Virus record (IMG/VR): IMGVR_UViG_3300005056_000001
Coordinates: 1-64,000 of that record
Reading direction: 5' to 3' (one strand)
Origin: a virus
DNA length: 64,000 bases
Positions 26,890-35,545 of the stretch are shown one piece after another. Each line of letters opens with the position of its first letter. Within the stretch, counting starts at the first letter, position 1. A program made the position numbers and the translations under genes. The notes below the pieces were generated by a model. That model searched no databases, was not told the origin of the DNA, and was given only the letters and a program-made list of their open reading frames with translations.

Positions 26890-27283
26890 ACGATTGGTGA
26901 GCTATGAAAGACTCAGGTACAAGCTAGAGCAAATAGACAGCATATCTGCCATGTTGGAAATAAAACTATCCGACACAAAAATAGACAGTTTTTTTAAAAT
27001 TCTCCAAACAAAAAATAGCGAGCTTGCAACAACACAGCACAACCTACGAATAAAATTAAAGGCATCAGAAGTTCAATCACGTTATTGGGAGTCCGAATAC
27101 AAGACAGAACAAGAGGCACATACCGACACACACGAGCTTCTTGAGAAGTATAAACACAGGCTCAACAAAGTAGAGCTCAACCTAAAACAATCAAACCAAA
27201 ACAAAAAGACAGTTTTACTTGTGGCAGGTTCGGTTGTTGTGGCCCTGATTGGTGGGATTATCATTGCATCTGTCATAAAATAA
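26684..27283 (+). CDS. Coiled-coil protein with N-terminal hydrophobic segment and C-terminal TM
   Basis: ATG at 26684 (MFTFIITLTVLSS...). C-terminal TM segment TVLLVAGSVVVALIGGIIIASVI. It lies in the +1 frame relative to 26209-26889. Confidence 0.45.
   Translation: MFTFIITLTVLSSTRATSTHTTPSQATQASQATQANRIDTLGPTDSLVYTIPIKDSLTLTRAQAKVIYERLVSYERLRYKLEQIDSISAMLEIKLSDTKIDSFFKILQTKNSELATTQHNLRIKLKASEVQSRYWESEYKTEQEAHTDTHELLEKYKHRLNKVELNLKQSNQNKKTVLLVAGSVVVALIGGIIIASVIK
26751..26786 (+). repeat. 18-bp tandem repeat x2 (plus a partial third) inside the ORF overlap
   Basis: cgagccaagctacacaag occurs at 26751-26768 and 26769-26786. It encodes EPSYTS in one frame and SQATQA in the other. Confidence 0.85.
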
Positions 27284-27300
27284 GTCCTGACACAACAATA

Positions 27301-27332
27301 AAAAATGGGTAGCAATGTTGCTACCCATTTTT
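27301..27332. terminator. Bidirectional terminator between convergent genes
   Basis: Stem aaaaatgggtagc / gctacccattttt. Confidence 0.65.
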
Positions 27333-27344
27333 TATTTACACATA

Positions 27345-27743
27345 TTAATCTTTCCACATATCTGCCAACTCAAAAACCTCGTCAATGTTGTCCAAGAAGC
27401 TTCGGAGCGATATTTCTTTTTGGAACGTCATATTAAGATCCGTGGCCTTATCTGTTGTGGTCGGGAAAAATGCTCCCGAATATATTTTACCTTCTTTTTT
27501 TGTGGTTGTGACTTTCTTGCGTAGAGTGACACTGTAATACAAACCAAGTGCCGACGTATCGTTTGTGAATTTATAGTTTATCCTAACGACAACCCCTTTA
27601 ATGGACATGTAAATAACCAACCTGTTATCAATATCAGCGATTATACAATCCTTGTGGCATCTTTGTACAAACACGTCTGTTGTAACACATATAATTCCAA
27701 ACTTCTCAAGCTCTGTCGTTATTAATTTTTTCATTTCGTTCAT
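27345..27743 (-). CDS. Hypothetical protein
   Basis: ORF track. Confidence 0.6.
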   Translation of the reverse strand: MNEMKKLITTELEKFGIICVTTDVFVQRCHKDCIIADIDNRLVIYMSIKGVVVRINYKFTNDTSALGLYYSVTLRKKVTTTKKEGKIYSGAFFPTTTDKATDLNMTFQKEISLRSFLDNIDEVFELADMWKD

Positions 27744-27799
27744 TGTACCTTACTTTTATTATTTTTATTTAGTGATTTCACCTTTATAATTTCTGTGTA

Positions 27800-28510
27800 T
27801 TAAGACAACACCGAGTTTGTGATTCGGTGCCTTATTAATTTAAGCTTTTTTCTGTACTCGGTCATGTCATCGAGATCGTCTTTGCTCAAAAACTCCTGAA
27901 AATTATTATTGGCAAAGGTCTTCAAAGACCCGATAATGTCGTCCAAGGCCTCGACGCTTTCATCTGTAGCAAAGAATTTGTTGTGTAGGAGCCCATGAAC
28001 AACAAGTATATCAATCGCCTTTACCTTACCGTGTAGCTTCATGAACCTATCAAAAGCATCAACGCTTTTATTTTCATTAACCCTATTATACAAAGACTTG
28101 ACATCAATATTTTCTAGATTTGAAATCACATTCCTGACAGCACACTCAAACCTTGCGTAATTTGATATCCCCGAGTCAAAGCGATATCCGATAACATTTT
28201 CCATAGAATCTCCAATGGATATTTCAACACGTGTGAGATTAATCCCATTGTTTTTACACACACTTTCGATTGTTGTCATCAGCAAGGAACTTATGACATC
28301 CTTTTCAAATAAATGCATAAACAACAATATTATTTCCTTTGAAACGCCCAAGTGAAAAACAAAGTCTCCCTCAAAGGTAAAATCAAATCCATGAAGTTGT
28401 TTAACCCTAAGGACATCACCTTTATTTTCGGTTTCGATTGTGAAACTATAATACGTATTATAGTTCATCCCTTCCTCCAAGTCATTAAGACTAATTTTTA
28501 TTGTTTTCAT
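27800..28510 (-). CDS. Hypothetical protein
   Basis: ORF track. Confidence 0.6.
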   Translation of the reverse strand: MKTIKISLNDLEEGMNYNTYYSFTIETENKGDVLRVKQLHGFDFTFEGDFVFHLGVSKEIILLFMHLFEKDVISSLLMTTIESVCKNNGINLTRVEISIGDSMENVIGYRFDSGISNYARFECAVRNVISNLENIDVKSLYNRVNENKSVDAFDRFMKLHGKVKAIDILVVHGLLHNKFFATDESVEALDDIIGSLKTFANNNFQEFLSKDDLDDMTEYRKKLKLIRHRITNSVLS

Positions 28511-28513
28511 TTC

Positions 28514-29185
28514 CTAGTAATTTTCTCCTAATTTATTTAATTTAATTTCAATCTCATCCAACTCCTTTACTATATTGTCTTCCTCCTGTTCTCCTTGTTT
28601 TTCTGCCAACCTTAGCAGAATTTTCCCACGCTCTTCTGTTAGTTCCGCTTTTTGTTTTTTGTGATTGTCTTCGTGTTTGGTTGTAGGTATGTGTATTTCT
28701 GTCTGTGGGCGGTTTATGAGTATTTCTGTATTTGGATTGTCCTTCAAGAAATCGGATAATTTCTTAGAATATATTTGTTGATTAATATGAAACTGACTCA
28801 TTTTAGATTCCGTGGGAGGCGTCTCTTTTTTGTCGATTCTCCGACTAAAAGCGGCACCCATACTATCAACCTTCCCCCCGAGAGTGTCCATGACACCCAT
28901 AACACCATCAAGTACATTACCCAACCTGCCATACACACTAGAAGGCGTTGACGAGTTCTGTATTGCCTTGGTAAACAAGGACACAACACCGTTTATGCAC
29001 CATTTTGATAATTCTATGGCCTGCTCCACAGTCCATATCACAGCCTTTAATAAGACAGGAAATACGAATTTAAATAATTCGACTACGCCCTCAAATATTG
29101 TGGCCAACAAAGAAAAGAATGCTTCGGGTGCCAATATTAATATCAGGATAAAAAATACGATACAGATTAGGAGTGTTGTGGTCAT
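28514..29185 (-). CDS. Membrane protein (2-3 N-terminal TM segments, charged coiled-coil tail)
   Basis: MTTTLLICIVFFILILILAPEAFFSLLATIFEGVVELFKFVFPVLLKAVIW... Confidence 0.6.
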   Translation of the reverse strand: MTTTLLICIVFFILILILAPEAFFSLLATIFEGVVELFKFVFPVLLKAVIWTVEQAIELSKWCINGVVSLFTKAIQNSSTPSSVYGRLGNVLDGVMGVMDTLGGKVDSMGAAFSRRIDKKETPPTESKMSQFHINQQIYSKKLSDFLKDNPNTEILINRPQTEIHIPTTKHEDNHKKQKAELTEERGKILLRLAEKQGEQEEDNIVKELDEIEIKLNKLGENY

Positions 29186-29203
29186 AATTTATAATTTTTT
29201 GTA

Positions 29204-29842
29204 TTAGCTGATATAGAATCCGTTTTCTTGGCACTTTTTTATTAATTGCTTGATGGCCTCTTTTTTGGTGCCATACTCGTTTATGATGGCCAATTCAATG
29301 TTGTCGTTGCTATACATACCAAGGAGGCGTATTGTGGCATTTTCTTTGTCTAGGAACGCTACCATAGACTTTGCAAGACAATCCGTGGGGGATATATCCA
29401 ATGATCCGTCCGAGGGTTGATTGGAATCGACAAGCAAATCACACAGATTAATATCCATCTCATAAATATCCTCCATAAGATATTCGATTATATTTGTGTT
29501 GTCGAATTTTAGATATTTGGTACTGCCGTTATCATCAAGAACAACCAATTGGATATTATGCTTTTTGCAAATATATTCAATAATCTCCTCGTCAGGTTCA
29601 TTGCGATACGAGGCATTCAATACAATGGCAACATTTAGCTTGTCGTCACAGGTGTTTTCCATGCCTACAGCCATTGTGTGACCCGACACTCCAAGCATGT
29701 GATTGTGCGTATCACGGCCTATTTTGTCGGTGTGTATTGAAGTGGTCAATGTGATTCCGTTAAATTCCACAATCTTACATTCGCCTAAACGAATATTATT
29801 CCACATTTCTTCTGTGCTAATTTTTTTATAAAGCGTTTTCAT
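29204..29842 (-). CDS. Hypothetical protein
   Basis: ORF track. Confidence 0.6.
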   Translation of the reverse strand: MKTLYKKISTEEMWNNIRLGECKIVEFNGITLTTSIHTDKIGRDTHNHMLGVSGHTMAVGMENTCDDKLNVAIVLNASYRNEPDEEIIEYICKKHNIQLVVLDDNGSTKYLKFDNTNIIEYLMEDIYEMDINLCDLLVDSNQPSDGSLDISPTDCLAKSMVAFLDKENATIRLLGMYSNDNIELAIINEYGTKKEAIKQLIKKCQENGFYIS

Positions 29843-29880
29843 TATTATGTTTTTTGAGTTACTATGTTGTTTTTGAATTA

Positions 29881-30477
29881 TTATTTATCCGTGTCTAGTG
29901 ACATCAGAAATTCCGTGAGGCGTTTATGGTCACCCTCTATTTTATTGGTATACGCAACCTCTCCTAGTTCATACATGAGACCCAAGGCTTTTACGTCTTT
30001 TTGGTAGGCAATTCCGTTGGTCAATATCCCGAGTACAATTTTATTTTCTTGGATATTAATTTTTTCAGACCATGTTAACTCATTGGAGTTGTTTATGCTC
30101 GTGTGTATATTGACAAGATTTTCGAACCATTGGTATAAATTGTCAATTGCGTAAATTGCATCATAAATACTTTCTATTATAGAATCTGTCCATACAAAAG
30201 TGTTTGTGCAATCGCTTTCGACTTTCATTTCACCATCAAAATCAAGATAGAATATACCACTGCTGTATTTTGTTATATTCAAATCGCATGGTTGTGGATT
30301 GAATAAAAACCGTCCGCTAATCGCATCACCGATAGTGCTAATAGACACACTAGACACTATACAGTCCCCAAGTATCGTTGGTCTTTTATCAACAGGAAAG
30401 TAAAATCTCGAATTACCTTCTACTGTAACATTTTCTATTATACCTTGGATGTATTGTATCTTTTTTTGGATGGTCAT
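29881..30477 (-). CDS. Hypothetical protein
   Basis: ORF track. Confidence 0.6.
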   Translation of the reverse strand: MTIQKKIQYIQGIIENVTVEGNSRFYFPVDKRPTILGDCIVSSVSISTIGDAISGRFLFNPQPCDLNITKYSSGIFYLDFDGEMKVESDCTNTFVWTDSIIESIYDAIYAIDNLYQWFENLVNIHTSINNSNELTWSEKINIQENKIVLGILTNGIAYQKDVKALGLMYELGEVAYTNKIEGDHKRLTEFLMSLDTDK

Positions 30478-30501
30478 GATTATTATTTTATTAACAATAC
30501 T

Positions 30502-30567
30502 CTAATATACAACAGTTTTTTGAATACACAAGCACATCGGACTATATTAACATTATTTTAACACTTT
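30502..30567 (-). promoter_or_regulatory. Intergenic cassette: TTAACA element plus -7-like box
   Basis: 30545-30567 reads tattaacattattttaacacttt. 30502-30509 ctaatata is TATATTAG on the minus strand. The ~35 bp around the box also match cassette 31983-32046. Confidence 0.45.
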
Positions 30568-31182
30568 CTATTTTTGGCTGTCACGGCGTGTTTTTACTGT
30601 AGGCTTAAACATACCCGAGAATATTAAACCACCTGCAAGATCCAACATGAGATCATCAATCTCGCCACCATGAAAATCTTTTAGCCAATCAAAAACATTG
30701 GATACTGTGTGAATTTGGGTTGGAGTGTATTCCTTGGTGATAAAATCAAGTTTTGGAAGATGCTTTTTGTCTGCAATTAATACAGAAAGACTCATGGAGC
30801 CGTCAATGATAAATTTCATGTGCTCACCTGTCTTGTATGCGAAGTAGCCTTGTAATACAGGTTTATTGTCATAATTGGCAATATCTGTTGTGTCTTCGCC
30901 CTTGATTAGTTTTAATTTACCTTTTGTGTTTGTGATAATTTTTGCGATATTGGTACTATTAACATCCCATAATGTACTGTCAGACATTTTTTGACACCCC
31001 TTAATGTCATACATAACGCCGTCAATATGACATATATCAAACTCTTTCATGCTTGACATTGGATTGTGTGCCACGACAAAGCTATTTTCGATATCCAAAC
31101 CCGAAACCTTGAACATGTTGTTTACTTGCTCAAGAGAAAATCCGAGTGATTTTAGGTATTCGATTGTGGTTAATTTTTTCAT
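30568..31182 (-). CDS. Hypothetical protein (ATG at 31182)
   Basis: The track N-terminus would run through the promoter box. The ATG at 31182 gives MKKLTTIEYLKSLGF... Confidence 0.6.
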   Translation of the reverse strand: MKKLTTIEYLKSLGFSLEQVNNMFKVSGLDIENSFVVAHNPMSSMKEFDICHIDGVMYDIKGCQKMSDSTLWDVNSTNIAKIITNTKGKLKLIKGEDTTDIANYDNKPVLQGYFAYKTGEHMKFIIDGSMSLSVLIADKKHLPKLDFITKEYTPTQIHTVSNVFDWLKDFHGGEIDDLMLDLAGGLIFSGMFKPTVKTRRDSQK

Positions 31183-31220
31183 GTTTCGTTGTGTATTAAT
31201 GATTACTATTGATTGCCTTA

Positions 31221-31285
31221 CAAATATAGGCAAAAATCCGTACCTAAAAGAATAGATACGGATTTTAACATTTCTTTAACACTTT
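31221..31285 (-). promoter_or_regulatory. Intergenic cassette: TTAACA element, hairpin, TAnnTTTG box
   Basis: 31263-31285 reads ttttaacatttctttaacacttt. Hairpin aaaatccgta / tacggatttt at 31233-31266. 31221-31228 caaatata lies within the conserved attgccttacaaatata. Confidence 0.5.
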
Positions 31286-31288
31286 ATA

Positions 31289-31582
31289 TCATAACAGATT
31301 CAACTTACGCTGCAATTCGCACAACACAGCCATTTTCTTCACAATACTAGAATGATCAGGAGGAAAATTTTCTCTGAGTTTATTTACCCGACCAAGCACA
31401 CGATCAAAAATATATGATAGCGCAGCCTTATTATTATCAAAACATTTCATTCCGTTGGACTGTAAATCCCATGAAGACTTATACCCCTTTGGAGTAAACC
31501 TGTCGCAGTTTTCTGAAAGTGTACCAAACACCCTGTTAGAGCTATTTTGTTTTGGTTCTACAAAAAAGTAAAATTTATCCAT
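31289..31582 (-). CDS. Hypothetical protein
   Basis: ORF track. Confidence 0.55.
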   Translation of the reverse strand: MDKFYFFVEPKQNSSNRVFGTLSENCDRFTPKGYKSSWDLQSNGMKCFDNNKAALSYIFDRVLGRVNKLRENFPPDHSSIVKKMAVLCELQRKLNLL

Positions 31583-31606
31583 ATTATTTTATGATGTTTT
31601 TTGGCT

Positions 31607-31933
31607 TTACACGCCATAGTGCTTTATCGTTTCGGGATGCACCGAAACATTTTTAATCTTCAATATATCCACAAGGTGTTCGCTGTCGGGTTCGTCAGAC
31701 AATGGCAAAACAAGTTTCCCGTCCAAAAACTCATACGTACCTTCTTGTGTATCATAAATTCCCTCCGAAAAAATAAGGTCTCTATGTAGAATCTTAAAGA
31801 TTTTTGAATAAGCCCCTTTATACATCCTAGAAACTCCCCTAACCAACTCGTAAGGGTCACCTTTGATTTGTATTAGGAGCTTAAATTTCGGTGCTGCTAC
31901 TAACTCTTGTATTGGTCTTTGTACTCGTTTCAT
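31607..31933 (-). CDS. Hypothetical protein (MKRVQ N-terminus)
   Basis: ORF track. It shares its first 5 codons and about 19 bp (ttgtactcgtttcatgatt) with 32059-32490. Confidence 0.55.
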   Translation of the reverse strand: MKRVQRPIQELVAAPKFKLLIQIKGDPYELVRGVSRMYKGAYSKIFKILHRDLIFSEGIYDTQEGTYEFLDGKLVLPLSDEPDSEHLVDILKIKNVSVHPETIKHYGV

Positions 31934-31982
31934 GATTGGTTTTTTACATGGACTAATCTATATGATCAGTCGTAACAATACT

Positions 31983-32046
31983 CAAATATACAACACTTTT
32001 TGAATATCTAGGCATTTTGCATTATTTTAACATTTCTTTAACAAAA
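31983..32046 (-). promoter_or_regulatory. Intergenic cassette: TTAACA element plus TAnnTTTG box
   Basis: 32025-32046 reads ttttaacatttctttaacaaaa. 31983-31990 caaatata is TATATTTG on the minus strand. Confidence 0.5.
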
Positions 32047-32058
32047 ATTACCCTACAA

Positions 32059-32490
32059 TCATTTCGGACTAGGCAACAACTCGCTCTTCATTGCCTTGAC
32101 ATAATCCCTAGACAGGTTCCGATTGAATTGAGGGGTGTATTCCCTGTGCTCGATGGCATAATTAACAGTATCAATAAGAGACTGTACCACATTGTTATCA
32201 AACATAAATCCATTATCTCTCAAATAGATGTTATCAAAAAGTTCGTCGGTAAAGTCGTGTTTACCATTATTGATTCTGTCATACCGTACCGCCTGACGTT
32301 GTGTTAGAACCGCAAGCATTTGGTATAAATTCTTGGTGCTTTTTTCTTGTGCCTCCTTGTTGTAATTTTTCTTTGGAGACAAGAATGTTCTTATATATAA
32401 AACAACATCCATATAGGACATGTATTTTATAAAGTCAGGAATCTTTGATTCGTTGGTATTCACACTTGCTGTTTTTTGTACTCGTTTCAT
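32059..32490 (-). CDS. Hypothetical protein (MKRVQ N-terminus)
   Basis: ORF track. Confidence 0.55.
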   Translation of the reverse strand: MKRVQKTASVNTNESKIPDFIKYMSYMDVVLYIRTFLSPKKNYNKEAQEKSTKNLYQMLAVLTQRQAVRYDRINNGKHDFTDELFDNIYLRDNGFMFDNNVVQSLIDTVNYAIEHREYTPQFNRNLSRDYVKAMKSELLPSPK

Positions 32491-32522
32491 GATTATTTTT
32501 TAAGATATGTACAGATTAAAAC

Positions 32523-33158
32523 CTAAATAAATATTCTAAAGTTGGTCTGAATGTGATTATTAATAACCTGCTTGATGTCGCTATACTGCTTGGTCAAGTC
32601 TTGGATACTAGCCCATCCTTTGATTTCCCCCGCAGGAACTTTTCGGATAACCTCCAAAAAACCGTGGAGCATGGCATCCGTGTCCAACATAAGAAATTTT
32701 GAAAGTGGATAGGACAATTTTCCTGTTTTGTATCCAATAAATATAGGACAACTATCCGAAACCTCGGCAGTTTCCTTGTAGTCAAAGCAAAAAGACAAGG
32801 AATCATATTCTCTTAGCTTAGTATATAGGTCTTTGTATTGAGCCAACGACAGATAATCTAGTCTGTCAAACGTCCGAACACTTTGATTGGTGTCATTGAG
32901 CATTCGGAACGCCGTAAGCAACACATAGGTATCGTTTTCGTCCTTACAGACATAGATGTCGGTTCCTTTATTAATACCAACAGGATTTGTTGGTGTCAGA
33001 TACATAACCCTGTCGGGTTGGTATCCGTGGCCCGCACATGTTTTTTCTATTCTGTCGGATAGTCCCTTACCAACCTGTCTGAGCTCAATCCCGTTAGGAT
33101 TCGTGATTTTGCGTTCGCACATCATATCACGTGCATGTTTTGTTATAAAAAATTCCAT
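32523..33158 (-). CDS. Hypothetical protein with DUF4258-like (RelE-fold toxin-like) N-terminal region
   Basis: MEFFITKHARDMMCERKIT...YVLLTAFRM resembles the DUF4258 pattern (..HA.eRm.eRgI ... vvTvy). This is a weak call made by eye. Confidence 0.55.
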   Translation of the reverse strand: MEFFITKHARDMMCERKITNPNGIELRQVGKGLSDRIEKTCAGHGYQPDRVMYLTPTNPVGINKGTDIYVCKDENDTYVLLTAFRMLNDTNQSVRTFDRLDYLSLAQYKDLYTKLREYDSLSFCFDYKETAEVSDSCPIFIGYKTGKLSYPLSKFLMLDTDAMLHGFLEVIRKVPAGEIKGWASIQDLTKQYSDIKQVINNHIQTNFRIFI

Positions 33159-33229
33159 TTTAATTGATTATTGCTCCATCGAGCGATTGTTTAATTCCTG
33201 ACATTTATGTCGTCAGGATCATTGCCTTA

Positions 33230-33295
33230 CAATAATAAGAAGAAAAATCCATACCAACAAGTGTTGGTATGGATTTTAACGTTTAATTAACACTT
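33230..33295 (-). promoter_or_regulatory. Intergenic cassette: TTAACA element, hairpin, -7-like box
   Basis: 33274-33295 reads ttttaacgtttaattaacactt. Perfect hairpin at 33244-33277. 33230-33237 caataata is TATTATTG, within attgccttacaataata. Confidence 0.45.
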
Positions 33296-33312
33296 CGTGT
33301 GGATAACCGACA

Positions 33313-33612
33313 CTAACCGAATAAATCGGATCGCTCATGTGGTTTGTCAAGCCACACATCACATTCCTTGGCTGCCTTGTCACCCATCAATTTGGCATCA
33401 TGCAGCGAAACACAGGATATTTTCACAACAGGGTCACGCTTACACATTATCGGCATAGACCAAGAATCCATATATTCAACAACAAATCGTGAAGGTTTGT
33501 CATTGTATTGGACAATGATAATCTCATACCTGTTGCCACAGTCCCACATTAAATATGTGTCGGCCTCTTTTGGTTCCTTTATCCAATCTGCATGGTATGT
33601 GTGTTTTTCCAT
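33313..33612 (-). CDS. Hypothetical protein (ATG at 33612)
   Basis: ORF track. The internal ATG removes the overlap with 33632-33835. Confidence 0.5.
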   Translation of the reverse strand: MEKHTYHADWIKEPKEADTYLMWDCGNRYEIIIVQYNDKPSRFVVEYMDSWSMPIMCKRDPVVKISCVSLHDAKLMGDKAAKECDVWLDKPHERSDLFG

Positions 33613-33631
33613 TGTGTTATTTATGGTTGTG

Positions 33632-33835
33632 TTAATAATCGCCATTATCAGAGAAAACAACGGATTCTTCATCTACCGAATATGATCTTATCCGTCCTGC
33701 ATCAATATCATCCGATAGACCTATCTTGATTCGTTCGTCCTGTATTAAGCCCTTGGCCTGTTCAAAAGATTCTGCAACCACGGTTACTTGGGCACTCACG
33801 TACATTCCGTTACCTACCCATATATAAATTTTCAT
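33632..33835 (-). CDS. Hypothetical small protein
   Basis: ORF track. Confidence 0.45.
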   Translation of the reverse strand: MKIYIWVGNGMYVSAQVTVVAESFEQAKGLIQDERIKIGLSDDIDAGRIRSYSVDEESVVFSDNGDY

Positions 33836-33847
33836 AATTAGTGTTGT

Positions 33848-34384
33848 TTATTCTTGTGGAATACTACAATCAAGCTCCTCTAATTCCCCCACAACATCAA
33901 GCCCCAATTGGGCAGCCTCTGCGTTGGTTTGTTCCATGGCAGTTGTGTCATTGTCGGACTCAAAAATTAATGTGATTCCGTTGCTAAGATTTTGTGTGTA
34001 TGACACAACCATACTCTTATCAAGGGCGAGCCAAGCATTCCATGCATCACCACAAGAGTCCCACAGGATATTATCACGATTTTCGTCATGCAATATATTG
34101 CGATGGTGGTCGGATAATTTTCCGTCTTTTCCTAATAGTTGATTTTCTGTCTTCAAGACCCAAAGAGGATTACCATCTTTTTTAGAAACTGCCTCAATGA
34201 TTACATTTCTGTTTGTGACAGGACACTTTCCCATGTCAAATTTTGTGGCTGTTTCTAGCCATTCAGATTTAAGCATATTTTTTGATTTTGACCATACACA
34301 CAAGGCGTAACTTGGTCGAATAATAAAAATCTTGTACATATATCCACCTATACAAGATTTTATATAATGTATAAAGCGAGACAC
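33848..34384 (-). CDS. Hypothetical protein (GTG start; alternative ATG 45 nt downstream)
   Basis: ORF track. Confidence 0.55.
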   Translation of the reverse strand: MSRFIHYIKSCIGGYMYKIFIIRPSYALCVWSKSKNMLKSEWLETATKFDMGKCPVTNRNVIIEAVSKKDGNPLWVLKTENQLLGKDGKLSDHHRNILHDENRDNILWDSCGDAWNAWLALDKSMVVSYTQNLSNGITLIFESDNDTTAMEQTNAEAAQLGLDVVGELEELDCSIPQE

Positions 34385-34397
34385 TGCTCATCAATTA

Positions 34398-34652
34398 CTA
34401 TTTAAAATAGAAATTATTGGGTAGTTTATTTTTACAGGCTGTACCAATCATAAAAACTCCCATGTCGCCTTCGAAATCGTCTTCCGAACTAACCAAATTT
34501 GAGCCATTGTCTACCAAGTGCACCCAATACTTAGGTTTTTTGATAACCTTCCCACAGCAAATACAGGCATTCTCAACCCCCTCGTCATAATCATCCGACT
34601 GTATATCACTTAGAGGGATTTTGAATATCCACCTATTAATAGCATTGCTCAT
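34398..34652 (-). CDS. Hypothetical zinc-ribbon-like protein
   Basis: CICCGK...GTACKNK. A TACATTTG box lies at 34693-34700 (minus strand) upstream. Confidence 0.5.
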   Translation of the reverse strand: MSNAINRWIFKIPLSDIQSDDYDEGVENACICCGKVIKKPKYWVHLVDNGSNLVSSEDDFEGDMGVFMIGTACKNKLPNNFYFK

Positions 34653-34740
34653 GATTTTCTGTTTAAAAAATGTTCTACCGTATTGGTATATTCAAATGTA
34701 CAACAAAAAATCCAAAGTGTTTAATTTTAATGTATTATTT

Positions 34741-35013
34741 TTACCATTTGGCAATAATATTCAATTTCGGATGAACAACCTCATAGTCGGTATGCTGTTC
34801 TCGTGTCAAATGATGCGTGGCGTCTTCCCATACGGCGTCTTCTAAATCCCTTGAGAATGTGCGTCGTAATAGGGCATTTTCGGGCGTATCAATACAGAGC
34901 TTAAGAGTGCCTGTCCAATGTTTACACCTCACAATTCTGCCTTTAAGCATTTGGTGTTTAGCCCATGACCAAGAACCCTTTAATCCAAATGTTATTATAA
35001 TCCATTTTTTCAT
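34741..35013 (-). CDS. DUF2829 (Tad2-like) family protein, paralogue 3
   Basis: LKGSWSWAKHQMLKGRIVRCKHW and the C-terminal TDYEVVHP. Confidence 0.6.
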   Translation of the reverse strand: MKKWIIITFGLKGSWSWAKHQMLKGRIVRCKHWTGTLKLCIDTPENALLRRTFSRDLEDAVWEDATHHLTREQHTDYEVVHPKLNIIAKW

Positions 35014-35034
35014 TGTGTTGTTTTTTTATTGCCC

Positions 35035-35343
35035 TTACAAAACACTTTCGGTATTCTTAATAAGAATCTCGAGCGCAAGATCCGTGAATAGTTGATTCCC
35101 GTGATATGTAAACTGTGCAACATCAACATCCATGGCTCCAATACCACTCATAACCATCTTGGTTGCCACTAGCCAATCCACACCCTTCGAAAAGTATTCA
35201 ATCTTTTTTGAGACATACAAAAAGTCGTCTTCAGGAACCTTCATTACGGTTTCTACAACCCTAAATTGATGCTTATACTTCTCGCCAAGCTCAAACTGTG
35301 GCACCAAGCCGATTTGTTTTAGATAATCTTTTAGTAATTCCAT
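35035..35343 (-). CDS. Hypothetical protein
   Basis: ORF track. Confidence 0.55.
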   Translation of the reverse strand: MELLKDYLKQIGLVPQFELGEKYKHQFRVVETVMKVPEDDFLYVSKKIEYFSKGVDWLVATKMVMSGIGAMDVDVAQFTYHGNQLFTDLALEILIKNTESVL

Positions 35344-35522
35344 TAGTCCACAGTTTTTACCCTAACCGAGCCGTTACCAATCGCCAATTCAAGTTGACCT
35401 TCCATATCCGATATGCCTGTGTCGGGGAATTCGACATCCTCCCAACAATATCCAATAAAAGATTGGTATTTAAATCCGCCAACAAATTCTTCTTTTTTGG
35501 GTACTCTGTATCCTTTTTTCAT
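35343..35522 (-). CDS. Unlisted 59-aa ORF filling the 35344-35545 gap
   Basis: Hand translation gives MKKGYRVPKKEEFVGGFKYQSFIGYCWEDVEFPDTGISDMEGQLELAIGNGSVRVKTVD. Its TAA stop shares one nucleotide with the ATG of 35035-35343 (TAATG). It falls below the track's 60-aa cut-off. Confidence 0.4.
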   Translation of the reverse strand: MKKGYRVPKKEEFVGGFKYQSFIGYCWEDVEFPDTGISDMEGQLELAIGNGSVRVKTVD

Positions 35523-35545
35523 GCCTTATAATAATTTTTATCTGC

